DNA of 64,000 bases from Methanobacteriota archaeon (GCA_020697715.1 JAEHCO010000004.1:64001-128000), one strand, 5' to 3'; positions 51,123 to 62,819 are shown, counted from the first letter of the stretch. The notes: generated from the letters alone by a model not told the origin. Numbers and translations are program-made.

Positions 51123-51632
51123 ATGACAGAAAAGATTATCAGACCATATCAGCCCGATGATCTGCTAGCATGCAGGGAATTATGGGTGGTACTCACCCAA
51201 AAGCATCGCGACATCTATGACGACCAGACCATTGGAGGAGACGATCCAGGCAATTATTTTGACGAGCACCTAAAGGAAGCCGGAGCGGAGAATATCTGGC
51301 TATGCGAGGTCGATGGCTTGGCAGTAGGCATGACAAGCCTTATCAAGACACCTTATGAAGGATGGGAGATCGAGCCAGTTGTGGTCAAGCCAGAGTATCG
51401 CGGCCAGGGGATCGGAAGAAAGCTCATAGAGTATGTCATCGATGAGGCAAGAAGCAGAGGTCTCAAATCATTATCTATAAGGCCAGTGTTCAGGAACAAG
51501 GAGGCCATTGCCACATTCCACAAGATAGGTTTTGATAAGATCGGAGCCATCGAGCTCTTCATGGAATTGGGTGAAAAGCCAGGGAACTGGAAGCCTGGCG
51601 CAAAGATACATGACCTAGATCTAGAGTATTGA
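51123..51632 (+). CDS. GNAT family acetyltransferase
   Basis: VVKPEYRGQGIGRKL, N..AIATFHKIGF. Confidence 0.9.
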   Translation: MTEKIIRPYQPDDLLACRELWVVLTQKHRDIYDDQTIGGDDPGNYFDEHLKEAGAENIWLCEVDGLAVGMTSLIKTPYEGWEIEPVVVKPEYRGQGIGRKLIEYVIDEARSRGLKSLSIRPVFRNKEAIATFHKIGFDKIGAIELFMELGEKPGNWKPGAKIHDLDLEY

Positions 51633-51669
51633 GCATATTTTTATATCCAAAATACCTTGACCATAACCT

Positions 51670-52323
51670 ATGACAGATATCCAAGTAATTGATGGCAAGA
51701 CATTCCAGGCAGGCAAGATACTGTGCCTTTTGAGAAGCTATGCAGCACATGCGGAAGAGATGGGCAATGCACCGTCTGTCAAGCCAGACTTCTTTCTCAA
51801 GCCCTCATCGGCAATTATATTTCACGATGAGAATATAATTATACCGCCTCAATCCGAGGAAGTACATCACGAAGTTGAGCTGGCCGTCCTCATCGGCAAG
51901 GGCGGGAGCAATATTCCCGCAAAGCAAGCGGAACAGCACATTGCTGGCTATGGTATTCTGATAGATGTGACGGCGAGAGATATCCAAGCCAAAGCGAAGA
52001 AGAATGGCAAACCATGGGCCATCGCGAAGGGTTTCGACACCTTCGCGCCAGTCTCTGATTTCATGAAGAAGGAGAAGGTGACAGATGTCCATAATTTAGA
52101 CATCTGGCTCCGGGTGAATGGTGATATTCGACAAATGTCCAATACCTCCAAGCTTCTGTTCAAAATACCCGAGATAATAGAATTCATATCAGCCAGGATG
52201 ACCCTGGAGCCGGGCGATATTATAGCGACTGGCACGCCAGAGGGCGTGTCGAGAATAATGCCAGGTGATATTGTGGAAGCTGGCATTGATGAGATAGGGA
52301 TCCTGAAGGTTGGCGTGGAATAA
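51670..52323 (+). CDS. Fumarylacetoacetate hydrolase family protein
   Basis: FFLKP, HEVELAV, DVTARD, KGFDTF, LEPGDIIATGTPEGV. Confidence 0.94.
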   Translation: MTDIQVIDGKTFQAGKILCLLRSYAAHAEEMGNAPSVKPDFFLKPSSAIIFHDENIIIPPQSEEVHHEVELAVLIGKGGSNIPAKQAEQHIAGYGILIDVTARDIQAKAKKNGKPWAIAKGFDTFAPVSDFMKKEKVTDVHNLDIWLRVNGDIRQMSNTSKLLFKIPEIIEFISARMTLEPGDIIATGTPEGVSRIMPGDIVEAGIDEIGILKVGVE

Positions 52324-52464
52324 ATGAAGATGGGAACAAACTTATTAACCCGATAATTACTAACAATTGATGATGGAAGAGAAAGTTCAAGCAATTAATG
52401 ATAGATACATTATGCCTACTGTAGCAGCATGCCCCGTCTGGAGCATTTATAGATCATTCATTAG

Positions 52465-52569
52465 GGCGGGGTTCGTGACAATACAGCGTGCTCTGATATT
52501 CGGAACCCCGTCAGGAGCCCAACGATGGGCGGGGGGATCAAACTTTCTGAAGTTTAGCCTGCTCGCTCG
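52465..52569 (+). ncRNA. GC-rich structured segment upstream of copA; possible divergent member of the mini-element family
   Basis: GGCGGGGTTC/GAACCCCGTC stem, GCCC/GGGC and AAACTT/AAGTTT hairpins; ends in AGCCTGCTCGCTCG as copy B does. Confidence 0.4.
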
Positions 52570-52601
52570 ACAGGTTGCCAATACCGATGGGAGGCTGAAC
52601 C

Positions 52602-54836
52602 ATGAATGAAAATGAACAGAAACCAAACGAAAACACCAGCATAAAAGTCGGTGGTATGACCTGCGCGGCTTGCGTGAAGACCATCGAGAACACACTGACC
52701 AAGCTGGACGGTGTGTCGGATGTCAATGTCAGCCTGGGCAATGAGCGAGCTTACATAACCTATGACAGCCAGACGGTCAATGACAAGGCCTTCAAGAAAA
52801 CTGTGAAAAAAGCTGTTACAAAAGCTGGCTATGATTATCTCGGCTGGGGGGATGAGGACACCAGCCAGGCCGAAGAAAAGGCCTTGGAAGTTTCCTTGAC
52901 ATCTAAAAAGAACCGATTTATAATTGGATTCGCCATCTCACTTCCATTGATGGCCATGATGTATCTCGACATCATGCCGCCCTTTGACATATCCATGCCG
53001 TATTTCATGCTGGCTGTTACTTTTATTCCATTTATTTATGTCAGCCAACCTATCTTCCGGCATGGTCTGATGGCACTTCGCAATCGCAATCTGGATATGA
53101 ATGTCATGTACTCCATGGGGATCGGGGTGGCTTATGGCTCCAGCCTGCTGGGTACTTTTGAGATCGTGCTGACACCGGACTTCATGTTCTATGAAGCAGC
53201 CTTGATGCTGGCTGGCTTCCTGATGCTCGGCAAATACATGGAGGAAGGAGCCAAGGGAAAGACAAGCCAGGCCATCAAAACACTAATGGGGCTGAGAGCT
53301 AAGACTGCGACAGTCATAAGAGATGGCCAGGAAATAGAGCTGGCCATCGAGGATGTCATCATAGGCGATATCATAATTGTCAAGCCAGGGGAGAAGATAC
53401 CCGTCGATGGAAGAGTCGTTGACGGCGAAAGCTATGTTGACGAATCCATGATAAGCGGGGAGCCAGTGCCAGTCCTCAAAGGCACTGGGAACGATGTCAT
53501 TGGTGGCACGATAAACAAGAACAGTGTTCTGCGGATCGAAGCTCGCAAGATAGGGAAAGACACAGTGCTGGCTCAGATAATCCAGATGGTGGATGATGCG
53601 CAAAGCTCGAAGCCAGATGTTCAAAGGCTGGCTGATAAAGCAGTAACATGGTTCATTCCAGTTGTTCTGAGCATCGCGATATTCGCGGCTGGCATCTGGT
53701 ATGCATATGATGCGGATCTGCTTAATGCGCTGACCGTGCTTATTTCGATACTTGTTATCGCATGTCCATGCGCGCTGGGTCTGGCAACTCCCACCGCGGT
53801 TACCGTAGGTCTGGGCAGAGGGGCAGAGCTGGGCATTCTTATCAGAAGGGGTGAGGCCCTGGAGACCTCCGGCCGCCTTACCACAGTTCTATTTGACAAG
53901 ACCGGCACGCTCACAAAAGGCGAGCCAGTTGTTACAGATATCATTCCATTTGGTATCGATGAAAATAAGCTACTTGAATATGCAGCTGGCGTTGAGAAGA
54001 ACTCGCAGCATCCGCTTGCCGAGGCCGTGGTCAATATGGCCTCGGAGCGCGATATTCCATTGACAAAGGTTTCGGATTTTGACACCTTTGGCGGAAAGGG
54101 AGTGAAAGCAATGCTCGGCAATGAAGAGGTGCGTATCGGGACCAGAACCTTCATAAAGGCGTCTGGAACGGTCATTAGTGCCGATATCGAGGGTCGGATG
54201 GGTGAACTTGAGGCCCAGGGCAAGACCGCGATAATGGTCGCGATAGATGGCAGGATCGCGGGACTTATAGCCATCGCGGATCCAATAAAGCCGACGACCA
54301 AGGCCGCTATCGAAAGCCTTGGCAGGATGGGACTGGAGGTCGGCATGGTCACCGGGGACAATAAGAGAACCGCGCAGGCGATCGCCAGCCAGATAGGCAT
54401 CAGCACTATCTTTGCCGAGGTCCTGCCCGGAGAAAAAGCAGAGAAGGTCAAAGAATTACAGAACGAAGGCCAGATAGTTGCCTTTGTCGGCGACGGCATC
54501 AATGATGCACCCGCACTGGCACAAGCCGATGTCGGTATCGCCATAGGCAGTGGAACGGATGTCGCGATAGAGAGTGGCGACATCGTGCTGATGAAGAGCG
54601 ATCTCATGGACGCGGTTGGTGGCATCCAGCTCAGCAGAAAGGTGATGGGCAGAATAAAACAAAATCTATTCTGGGCATTCGCATATAACACGGCGCTCAT
54701 ACCAGTAGCGGCGGGAGTATTGGTACCTCTGGCCGACATTCACTTCAGGCCAGAGTTCGCAGGTTTGGCAATGGCAATGAGCTCTGTCACTGTCATAAGT
54801 CTATCACTTATGCTTAGAAGATATGAACCAAAATGA
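52602..54836 (+). CDS. copA: Copper-translocating P1B-type ATPase
   Basis: [43 protein letters not shown]. Confidence 0.96.
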   Translation: MNENEQKPNENTSIKVGGMTCAACVKTIENTLTKLDGVSDVNVSLGNERAYITYDSQTVNDKAFKKTVKKAVTKAGYDYLGWGDEDTSQAEEKALEVSLTSKKNRFIIGFAISLPLMAMMYLDIMPPFDISMPYFMLAVTFIPFIYVSQPIFRHGLMALRNRNLDMNVMYSMGIGVAYGSSLLGTFEIVLTPDFMFYEAALMLAGFLMLGKYMEEGAKGKTSQAIKTLMGLRAKTATVIRDGQEIELAIEDVIIGDIIIVKPGEKIPVDGRVVDGESYVDESMISGEPVPVLKGTGNDVIGGTINKNSVLRIEARKIGKDTVLAQIIQMVDDAQSSKPDVQRLADKAVTWFIPVVLSIAIFAAGIWYAYDADLLNALTVLISILVIACPCALGLATPTAVTVGLGRGAELGILIRRGEALETSGRLTTVLFDKTGTLTKGEPVVTDIIPFGIDENKLLEYAAGVEKNSQHPLAEAVVNMASERDIPLTKVSDFDTFGGKGVKAMLGNEEVRIGTRTFIKASGTVISADIEGRMGELEAQGKTAIMVAIDGRIAGLIAIADPIKPTTKAAIESLGRMGLEVGMVTGDNKRTAQAIASQIGISTIFAEVLPGEKAEKVKELQNEGQIVAFVGDGINDAPALAQADVGIAIGSGTDVAIESGDIVLMKSDLMDAVGGIQLSRKVMGRIKQNLFWAFAYNTALIPVAAGVLVPLADIHFRPEFAGLAMAMSSVTVISLSLMLRRYEPK

Positions 54837-54897
54837 TATGTATCTATATATTAGCCTACATATCAGTCTATCTAAACTGAATTATATCGTTATGCCG

Positions 54898-54918
54898 GAT
54901 GCCGCCGACCGCGGCATC
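54898..54918. terminator. GC hairpin between convergent genes
   Basis: GATGCCGC-N5-GCGGCATC. Confidence 0.5.
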
Positions 54919-54949
54919 AGCCAGTTGGTTGAAAGTTTGTAATATTGAT

Positions 54950-57900
54950 CTAGTAATTATTGATGGTCCATGTCGTATCCGAATCGACCTTTATCCAGTA
55001 TCCATTATCGATACTCATTGTGTCAGTATCCAACATCACCTTCGTCAGGTATGCGCCAACAGGGTCGAAGCCTTCGATCGAGGTGGCTCCAGTCTCTATT
55101 TTGATATCAGATACGGTTTTGGTTTCCAGGCAAGGGTATCCAACAAGATTCCAGCCTGCCTTGAGCTCTATTGTGACATTTTCCACAAGGCCAGTAGTGA
55201 TCAGATCATCATTACCATTGACATTGAGCCATACACCCATATCCGATCCAATATAGTCAAGGTTATCAAGGATATCCGGCCTGGTCGTCGCATTTCCCAG
55301 CCATTTATTATCGAGAGATTGTGAGTCATAGTAGAGAGCATGGTTCCAATTGATATTTCCATATGTATTGCCAATGGATGATCCTTTTTGTATCACAGGA
55401 GACGATATCAGATTCCAGCCATTGTTAACAGGAGTTGATATCTTTCCTGCCTGGATCGTGGTGTTCACAAAATTCCCATTCGAATCCTGGGCTCCTATTA
55501 TGTAAAAGTAATTGTTGGAGTCGCCATTGCCTACTCCATTATCCACATACCCAGACATGCCGTGGCCCAAGGTGTGGATCAGGTTGTAACCTGATCCAGT
55601 ATTGTCAAAGCTGGAACTCCTGTATACATGATATGATTCAACATCATAGTCTGTTGGAGAGATAGACCAGTTAAGCATGACATCCTCATTGCCTGCGCCG
55701 CTAAGGGACGTGTCCGCCGCATAAGGTGGCAGGATCGGTTGTTGCTGGTAAGTGCCTACCCAGATCTCCAAACCATCTCCTGTTGCCCCGATAGATAGAA
55801 TATCTGGTTTCCCATCAATATTTATATCTAATAGCTGGATAGCACTATACATTGAGCCTGAGGTCAGGCCTGTCGATACAGGTAGCCAGCCCGGGTCAAG
55901 TTGCATGAGCGGATGAATTCCAGTTGGAGTTGAATTGGAAGTGAATATGATGTCCTGTGATCCGTCCAGGTTGAAATCACCCACGGCCAGACCCTTTGCA
56001 TCACCTGAATTTGAACTTGTATCTTGAGCCCAGGTGCCATCTCCTAGCCCCTCCCAGATCTTTAATCCCTCTGGCTCAGCTTCTGTTGACAGGATATCTG
56101 GATTTCCATCGGCATTGAGATCTCCAATAGCTATGGAATTATAATTTCCTGTTGCCGTGCTCAGACCTGTAGTAGATTCCACCCAGCCATCCTGACCATC
56201 ACCCAAAAACACCTTGAGAGTGCCATTCATTGTGATGAGGTCCAGATCACCATCATGATTCACATCGGCATGTTCCAGGCTCATATAACTCCCTGTAGAA
56301 GGAAGATCGAATGTCATTGTCCAGGAGCCCCAGCCATCACCGTTCCAGACAGCCACTCCTGAATTACCACGTGAACCTGCCGCAATATCCAGGTTGCCAT
56401 CATCATTGAAATCCGCAATAGTAAGACCATCATAGGTTCCAGATGAGGGGAGACCACTTGATCTATAGGTCCATCCACCCGCGCCATTACCCACCCAGGC
56501 CTTGACACCGGGAGCCGAAGTTGCCACAATATCTGGAATTCCATCATTATTAAAATCCTCTGAAGAAATATGCCTGTAACGCCCATTCATTGCAGGGGTT
56601 GAATATGATTGCCAGACCCCATTACCATCACCAGTCCACACCTCTATTCCTTGATTTTCAGTAGCCAGGATGATATCCATCTTACCATCAAGGTTGACAT
56701 CAGCTGTGTCGATGTCCATTATCGTACTTGCAGTAGCTGGAGGATTGAATGATGACCATGCATTCACCACACGTCTTACCTCGCCGGACCAGATATTCAA
56801 ACCAGAGGTTCCGTCCACCCCAACCATCTCCAGTCTACCATCATCATCTATATCGGCAATGGCCATATCCAATAATGTGAGTCCAGCAGGCAATCCATAT
56901 GTTTGAAGGTACCAGTCATCTGATCCACCACCAGACCAGACAGAATCATTTGTATTGCTGGGAGCAGTTATGATATCAGGATATCCATCAAGGTTGGCAT
57001 CTACCACCTCGACTGAATTGTAAGTGCCAATGAAAGGCAGGTTGAATGTCATTGTCCAGGAACCCCAGCCATCACCGTTCCATACAGTAAGGCCACCACT
57101 AGCTCCATTGGTGGCAACTATGTCCAGGTCACCATCTATATCCATATCTGAAAGAGCGATATCCGAGTACTGGCCAAATCCAGGAAGGCCAATATCCCTC
57201 AAAGTCCAGGAGCCTGCACCATCACCGACCCATGCTGAAAGCCCTGAGGCCTGTGCCGAGACAATATCTGGTTGGCCGTCAATATTGAAATCCCCCGTCA
57301 CTATCCCATAAGATGTGAAACCCAGGGGGATACCGGTATCGCCGCCGATCCAGTTACCTCCGCCATTGTTCAAAAGAACCTGCACACCTTTCTCACCAGG
57401 AAGGGCAGAGCAACCTGAGACAATATCCAGATCACCATCAAGATCAATGTCATCCAGGGCTATGGAATTGAATTCACCAGATGGAAGTCCAGTGTCATAA
57501 GCGATCCAATTGCCAAGTGTATCTCCGGTCCAGGCATAAAGAGCATCCGAAGCAGAAATCGTGATGTCTGGCTCACCATCATCATCGATGTCTCCAATTG
57601 CGATACCAGAAACTATTGTTGCCAGACCAGGAGAGCTAAAGGAATACCATGCACCATCTCCATCATTGGCCCATATTTGAAGGCCACCAAGTGCAAGGCC
57701 AGCTATAATATCAAGATCACCATCTATATCTATATCGGCGATCTCAATACAAGAATAAGAAGTGAGATCATCAAGAGAAGATGATGAAGACCAGTATATT
57801 GAAGGATCTGATCCGATAAAGGGCTTACCTGGCTCAGGCTGTCCATTGTATCTAATTAGAGACGAATCTCCCGCATAGCCCTGATCAATGCTAACAAGCA

Positions 57901-57991
57901 CACCATTGGTGAGCAATGATATTGCCACCAGTGAACTCATTATTAAAGCCAGGGTTCTATAATTGCCTGCCCGCAGATTTTCACCTTTCAA
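54950..57991 (-). CDS. Secreted FG-GAP/VCBS repeat protein (two propellers) + FnIII-like domain + shared C-terminal GWN domain
   Basis: About 14 D-x-N/D-x-D-G-x-x-D-I repeats; GWNLISSP, AGWNLVGYP. Confidence 0.9.
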   Translation of the reverse strand: MKGENLRAGNYRTLALIMSSLVAISLLTNGVLVSIDQGYAGDSSLIRYNGQPEPGKPFIGSDPSIYWSSSSSLDDLTSYSCIEIADIDIDGDLDIIAGLALGGLQIWANDGDGAWYSFSSPGLATIVSGIAIGDIDDDGEPDITISASDALYAWTGDTLGNWIAYDTGLPSGEFNSIALDDIDLDGDLDIVSGCSALPGEKGVQVLLNNGGGNWIGGDTGIPLGFTSYGIVTGDFNIDGQPDIVSAQASGLSAWVGDGAGSWTLRDIGLPGFGQYSDIALSDMDIDGDLDIVATNGASGGLTVWNGDGWGSWTMTFNLPFIGTYNSVEVVDANLDGYPDIITAPSNTNDSVWSGGGSDDWYLQTYGLPAGLTLLDMAIADIDDDGRLEMVGVDGTSGLNIWSGEVRRVVNAWSSFNPPATASTIMDIDTADVNLDGKMDIILATENQGIEVWTGDGNGVWQSYSTPAMNGRYRHISSEDFNNDGIPDIVATSAPGVKAWVGNGAGGWTYRSSGLPSSGTYDGLTIADFNDDGNLDIAAGSRGNSGVAVWNGDGWGSWTMTFDLPSTGSYMSLEHADVNHDGDLDLITMNGTLKVFLGDGQDGWVESTTGLSTATGNYNSIAIGDLNADGNPDILSTEAEPEGLKIWEGLGDGTWAQDTSSNSGDAKGLAVGDFNLDGSQDIIFTSNSTPTGIHPLMQLDPGWLPVSTGLTSGSMYSAIQLLDINIDGKPDILSIGATGDGLEIWVGTYQQQPILPPYAADTSLSGAGNEDVMLNWSISPTDYDVESYHVYRSSSFDNTGSGYNLIHTLGHGMSGYVDNGVGNGDSNNYFYIIGAQDSNGNFVNTTIQAGKISTPVNNGWNLISSPVIQKGSSIGNTYGNINWNHALYYDSQSLDNKWLGNATTRPDILDNLDYIGSDMGVWLNVNGNDDLITTGLVENVTIELKAGWNLVGYPCLETKTVSDIKIETGATSIEGFDPVGAYLTKVMLDTDTMSIDNGYWIKVDSDTTWTINNY

Positions 57992-58238
57992 CCTATTGGT
58001 CTAAAAAAACCGACCTAAGTAACCATAGAAAATACATAGTATATAAACATTTTCAATATACCCTATATAAATGTATCGCTTATACTTAAATAATATAATT
58101 ATTAACCATACATAATAAAATTAAATCATAATGAAATCAAGTTTAAGATTACATAATGTTTAAATGCATAGGAATATTTACAGTGCATGGGCTTTGCCTA
58201 TTTGAGGTTTGAGATTGAGAATCATTAATAATAATTCA

Positions 58239-61200
58239 ATGAAAAGGAAGCTATTAGGCTCCTTTGTTCTATTTTCCCTATTGTTATCAAGCATATTGCT
58301 CTCAGGCATCGTCACATCAGATCCAGCAGATATTGATAAACTGGATGGCACAAGGACAGCGACCTGGGATTTTGGAGATCCCAATGATTATTCAATAATG
58401 AACACCACAATGGACAGTGGAAAGACCAATCTTTCCATGTACACTTCATATTGGAACCAGGAAACCTTTGCAGATCTTGATACTGGCTTAGTGAAAGACA
58501 GAGTGGAGATATCAGGAAATGGAAATATGACCCTGACCTTCAATTCAGGCATTGAGCTTCTTAAGAACAGGGATTTTTCAGATCCGGCATTGGGAGCTGC
58601 GGCAAATAACTGGACAGCAGAGACATCAGGCAATTCCACCACAAATGCGCCATTGAGAAGTACGGGTGCTGGAGAGGGGATAGATGATGACTTCTGTTGG
58701 AGGAACTGGTTCGTGGATGCCACCCCCGCAGACTGGTACAATCTGTCCACATGGGTGAATCAATCCTTCTATCTACCCACATTGCCATTGGATGTCAATG
58801 TTTCAGCCTTCTATGATATGACGATCAATGTAGGGGCCATAGCACCAGGGACCATATACGGACTTTTGATATACCAAAACTCCACCAATATAACATATAT
58901 GGCTGCCAGTACTGGATGGGAGAATACAACATTTGGTGATTATCGCCCCATGTGGTCCAATGATGTTAACATATTCAATGAAACTGGCCTGTACAATATA
59001 TCTCTTTTCACACTTAGTGATTCAAGCGCAGACATATCAAACACCCCCCAGATATACAATTACTGGGATAATATATCCATAGAATATTCAGCATACGAGT
59101 TGGAGGGTAGTTTCCAATCCAGTACCTTCGATGTCGGTTCTTATGCGAAGTGGGGCAATATATCATGGGATGAGGAATTACCTTCAGGAACGGACATAGA
59201 GTTCAGAGTAAGAACAGGTAATTCATCAGTTCCCACAGACAGCATTTGGTCTGACTGGTCAGATCCCATGACAGATCCTACGGGATGTGTGATCGACAGA
59301 CCAAATAGTAGATATGTCCAATACATGGTGAACTTCACAACAATGACCACCAATATCACCCCAATACTGAACTCCATCAATATCTCTTATGATCGATTTT
59401 TCTTGCAAGGGATCGTCGAAACGGAGGACCTGGCTCCAGCCGATGTAACCAACTGGGGATATTTCACATATTCTCATGATACCAATGGGCAATCGATCAC
59501 ATATGAATATTCAGTGGACAGTGGTGCTATATGGGATCCAATACCAGCAGATGGAGATATGAGATTTCTCACACCTCAGGCATCCTCCACCATCAGGTTC
59601 AGAGCAATATTGAGCACAGCGGACACCGTTACAACCCCAAGCATCGATTGGATGGAACTTGAATACGTGGCCAATGAGCCGATCATCGAAGTAGAGGGAA
59701 GATGGGACACGCCAGAGGTAGAGCCTGGCGAGGTGATACGCCTTTACATCTTCTTGAACAATACAGCCAGCAGTGTATCTTCAAATGCCTGGCTGAACAT
59801 TTACCTGGACCCACATCTGACCTATGTATCGGACAATGTAGATAGCCTGAGTACATATCATGGAACTGAATGGGATAACTCTACAGGAGTATACAGGTAC
59901 CATATTGCAGATATCCCACAGGGAAGTTATTCATTCTGGATCGAGACCCGATCCAGCATTGGTGCGGCAAATGGAACTGTCACATCCACGATAATATCAC
60001 TCGAGTACCAGGATCCTCTGGACAATCGTGTGGATTCATATCTCAAGGAGGTTACAAATGTTCTCATATCTCCAGTCATATCTATTGATCTAATAAACTA
60101 CCCAGGCAGTGCGGATGTTGGAGATATTGTTCAATATATCATGATCATCAATAATACAGGTGGCGGGAATTCTCCGATCTCATGGCTCAATGTGACACCT
60201 GATAACAGACTGGATATATTCGATCCAGGTACAGGGACGATCAATAGCCAGTCCATAAGCTGGGAACTTGAGGACATGATAGGATATTCAAGCCAGACAT
60301 TATACCTCAATGCAAGCTTGAAGGATAATGTGCTCCAGGGTTCACATATCCCACTTACATTCACTATCAACTACTCGGACATCTCAGGCTTCATGCGGAG
60401 CACTGGATCCGATATAAGCTCCCTTATCTGTGAATTGAGCTCCAGCATGGACATCGGCATGATATCCGATACAGATCATATCAGACCAGGAGATACCTTC
60501 ATAGCCACCATGTATTACAATAATTCACGTTACGGCACCGCAACCTATGTGCAGATAGATGTCGAGCTGCCAGAAGGCCTGGAGCTTTATAGCAGCAGCA
60601 GCCCATACACGAGCTTGGGAAATGAGCATACGTGGACCTTCACTAATGTGATGCCAGGATCACATTCATACACCATGACCATCCTGGCGCGAAGCATCCC
60701 TGAAAGGATCACAAAAACGAACATGACCGCTAGAATGTCGGTCATGGACCCCATAGAAGGCCTGCAGGAAAGCATCAGACCCGCACCTTTGGCTATCACC
60801 ATAGAGAGCTACATATCCAATATGGAAATGGAGATCATAGCTCCATCATCACCCATACATCCTGGCGACATCATCGTGCTTACTGTTTATTACAATAATA
60901 CTGGCGACGGAGCTGCCTCCATTGTGAGCTTCAGCTTGAATATACCATACGGCATTGAGCTACAAAGTAGCAGTGCGCCATGTGATTCATCCGGAGATCT
61001 ATGCAACTGGAACTTTACAAATGTATTGCCAGGTCCACATTCGTACACAATTTCCCTTGAAGCTACAGACATATCCGAAGAGAATATAGAAATAAGCTAC
61101 AATATCCGCATGTCAGTGACAGACCCTATTTATGGAGAGATGCCTGTTGTGATTTCCGATGACATAACAACCGATATCGAGCGAATTGTAACCATCTGGG

Positions 61201-61739
61201 AAAAGATATACTGGCCATGGTCAGGATTATTATTATTCATACTATTATCTATAATTACAATTATATTATGGAATAAATATAAGCCAATCCCACCAAGCAT
61301 CGATGACGCCTTCCTCATTTACAAGGATGGAAGACTGATATCCCACAAGAAATCCGTCCATGGGCTCAGAGCGGAACTTGACGGAGACATTGTAAGCGCC
61401 ATGCTCACGGCTGTCCAGCAATTCGTTAATGATTCACTGGATGAGACCGGGACAGATAAGATGAGGAAGCTGGAATTCGGTGACCGCGAGCTGTTCATGG
61501 AGAGAGGCGAGAACATCTACATGGCCATTATGTTCTCTGGAACATTGACCAAGAAGCTGGATGATCAGATAACAGAGATGATCAAGCAGATCGAGGTAGA
61601 ATTCCCCGAACTGGCAGTCTGGAATGGAAGAATGAAAGGATTGGAAAAGATAGATGATTACCTCAATGAACTGATAGATGAATGGCAGCATCATGCGGAG
61701 AACCTGGAAGGTGCTCCATCAGATGATCCAAGTAATTGA
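58239..61739 (+). CDS. Large single-pass receptor-like protein: extracellular beta/DUF11-like domains, TM helix, cytoplasmic longin/roadblock-like domain
   Basis: Signal peptide; PGD..YNNTG-type repeats; TM near 61215-61272; IDDAFLIYKDGRLI...DIVSAMLTAVQQF...WNG. Confidence 0.85.
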   Translation: MKRKLLGSFVLFSLLLSSILLSGIVTSDPADIDKLDGTRTATWDFGDPNDYSIMNTTMDSGKTNLSMYTSYWNQETFADLDTGLVKDRVEISGNGNMTLTFNSGIELLKNRDFSDPALGAAANNWTAETSGNSTTNAPLRSTGAGEGIDDDFCWRNWFVDATPADWYNLSTWVNQSFYLPTLPLDVNVSAFYDMTINVGAIAPGTIYGLLIYQNSTNITYMAASTGWENTTFGDYRPMWSNDVNIFNETGLYNISLFTLSDSSADISNTPQIYNYWDNISIEYSAYELEGSFQSSTFDVGSYAKWGNISWDEELPSGTDIEFRVRTGNSSVPTDSIWSDWSDPMTDPTGCVIDRPNSRYVQYMVNFTTMTTNITPILNSINISYDRFFLQGIVETEDLAPADVTNWGYFTYSHDTNGQSITYEYSVDSGAIWDPIPADGDMRFLTPQASSTIRFRAILSTADTVTTPSIDWMELEYVANEPIIEVEGRWDTPEVEPGEVIRLYIFLNNTASSVSSNAWLNIYLDPHLTYVSDNVDSLSTYHGTEWDNSTGVYRYHIADIPQGSYSFWIETRSSIGAANGTVTSTIISLEYQDPLDNRVDSYLKEVTNVLISPVISIDLINYPGSADVGDIVQYIMIINNTGGGNSPISWLNVTPDNRLDIFDPGTGTINSQSISWELEDMIGYSSQTLYLNASLKDNVLQGSHIPLTFTINYSDISGFMRSTGSDISSLICELSSSMDIGMISDTDHIRPGDTFIATMYYNNSRYGTATYVQIDVELPEGLELYSSSSPYTSLGNEHTWTFTNVMPGSHSYTMTILARSIPERITKTNMTARMSVMDPIEGLQESIRPAPLAITIESYISNMEMEIIAPSSPIHPGDIIVLTVYYNNTGDGAASIVSFSLNIPYGIELQSSSAPCDSSGDLCNWNFTNVLPGPHSYTISLEATDISEENIEISYNIRMSVTDPIYGEMPVVISDDITTDIERIVTIWEKIYWPWSGLLLFILLSIITIILWNKYKPIPPSIDDAFLIYKDGRLISHKKSVHGLRAELDGDIVSAMLTAVQQFVNDSLDETGTDKMRKLEFGDRELFMERGENIYMAIMFSGTLTKKLDDQITEMIKQIEVEFPELAVWNGRMKGLEKIDDYLNELIDEWQHHAENLEGAPSDDPSN

Positions 61740-61761
61740 GAGCGATCGGTTTATTCATTAT

Positions 61762-62607
61762 TCAGAACTTATTAACAAGATATAATCTTTTAGTCCTGTT
61801 AAGGCTCACGGTATCAGCTGGCTTGAACTTTTCCTCGGCATTGGCCAGAGCATTTATTAGGGAAACTATATCCTTTTTTGCAGGATTGTCCAGATCCATA
61901 CCAACAGATTCTATCTGATGCTTGACAACAGGACTGGCAGTCTCTATACCACCATTCTGATTGCAGAAATCTGATATTATATGATCCACAACACCCACCA
62001 AAGAGGTGATATCCTCTTTGTCTATTATGAAACTGGCTCCTTCAAGCCCTGACTTAGCTTCTATGGTAGTGCTTCTGAGAGTTGCAGCCATATCGATAAA
62101 GGTGTCCTCGACATTTTCCCCGGTCTTCGCACTGGTGATAAAGCACTGGGCTTCCATCCCCTCATAACTGAATTCCGCTGCCATATCCTGAAGTTCCTCG
62201 ATGCCGAACTCTGCATCCGCGGCCAGATCACCTTTGTTTCCAATAAATACCAATGGCAAAGGCCCTGTCACGCTGAGAAGAGATGGGAGCCAGTATTCTG
62301 CCAGGCTTTGAAGTGTATCCTTTCTTGTGATATCAGCTACCAAGAGTGCACCTTCGATCCCACCGAATGATAGGGCCTGGGTGAATCTGTATCCCTTCTG
62401 TCCAAGGATATCCCAGACAAGCAATACCATGTGTGTTCTGTCCTGGCCAGTATCAAGATATATCTCTTTCTTCGTAACCTTGGACCCGATGGTCGTAATG
62501 TACTTGTCACTGAACTGATCAGTTACAAATCGTCTTATCAAACTTGTCTTTCCAACAGCTCCATCTCCGAGAAGGATTATATTTTTCTTAATTGTTTCAT
62601 CTGGCAT
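61762..62607 (-). CDS. Rab-like small GTPase with C-terminal helical extension
   Basis: G1 GDGAVGKTS, G2 YITTIG, G3 WDILGQ, G4 NKGD, G5 TSAKTG. Confidence 0.92.
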   Translation of the reverse strand: MPDETIKKNIILLGDGAVGKTSLIRRFVTDQFSDKYITTIGSKVTKKEIYLDTGQDRTHMVLLVWDILGQKGYRFTQALSFGGIEGALLVADITRKDTLQSLAEYWLPSLLSVTGPLPLVFIGNKGDLAADAEFGIEELQDMAAEFSYEGMEAQCFITSAKTGENVEDTFIDMAATLRSTTIEAKSGLEGASFIIDKEDITSLVGVVDHIISDFCNQNGGIETASPVVKHQIESVGMDLDNPAKKDIVSLINALANAEEKFKPADTVSLNRTKRLYLVNKF

Positions 62608-62819
62608 ATTCAAACCCCGCGCACACACATCTATGGAAATATCATTGTGAAATTAACCATAGTTATTTACTCCGTTAAATGGAAGAATGATATAAAATCT
62701 TTGCCATATGTATAAAAAAGTAGAGAGTTATTATGCACATATTCCCTAACCATAGGGAACTTTTTCATAATAACCAAACAGGCACAAGATTGATATTCAA
62801 AATATAGATATGATGGAAC

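Noticed and set aside
53621-54739. 372-aa minus-strand ORF
   Set aside because: Antisense shadow of conserved copA
54950-57991. Nucleotide repeats in the FG-GAP gene (AATGTCATTGTCCAGGA.CCCCAGCCATCACCGTTCCA twice)
   Set aside because: Explained by duplication of the protein propeller
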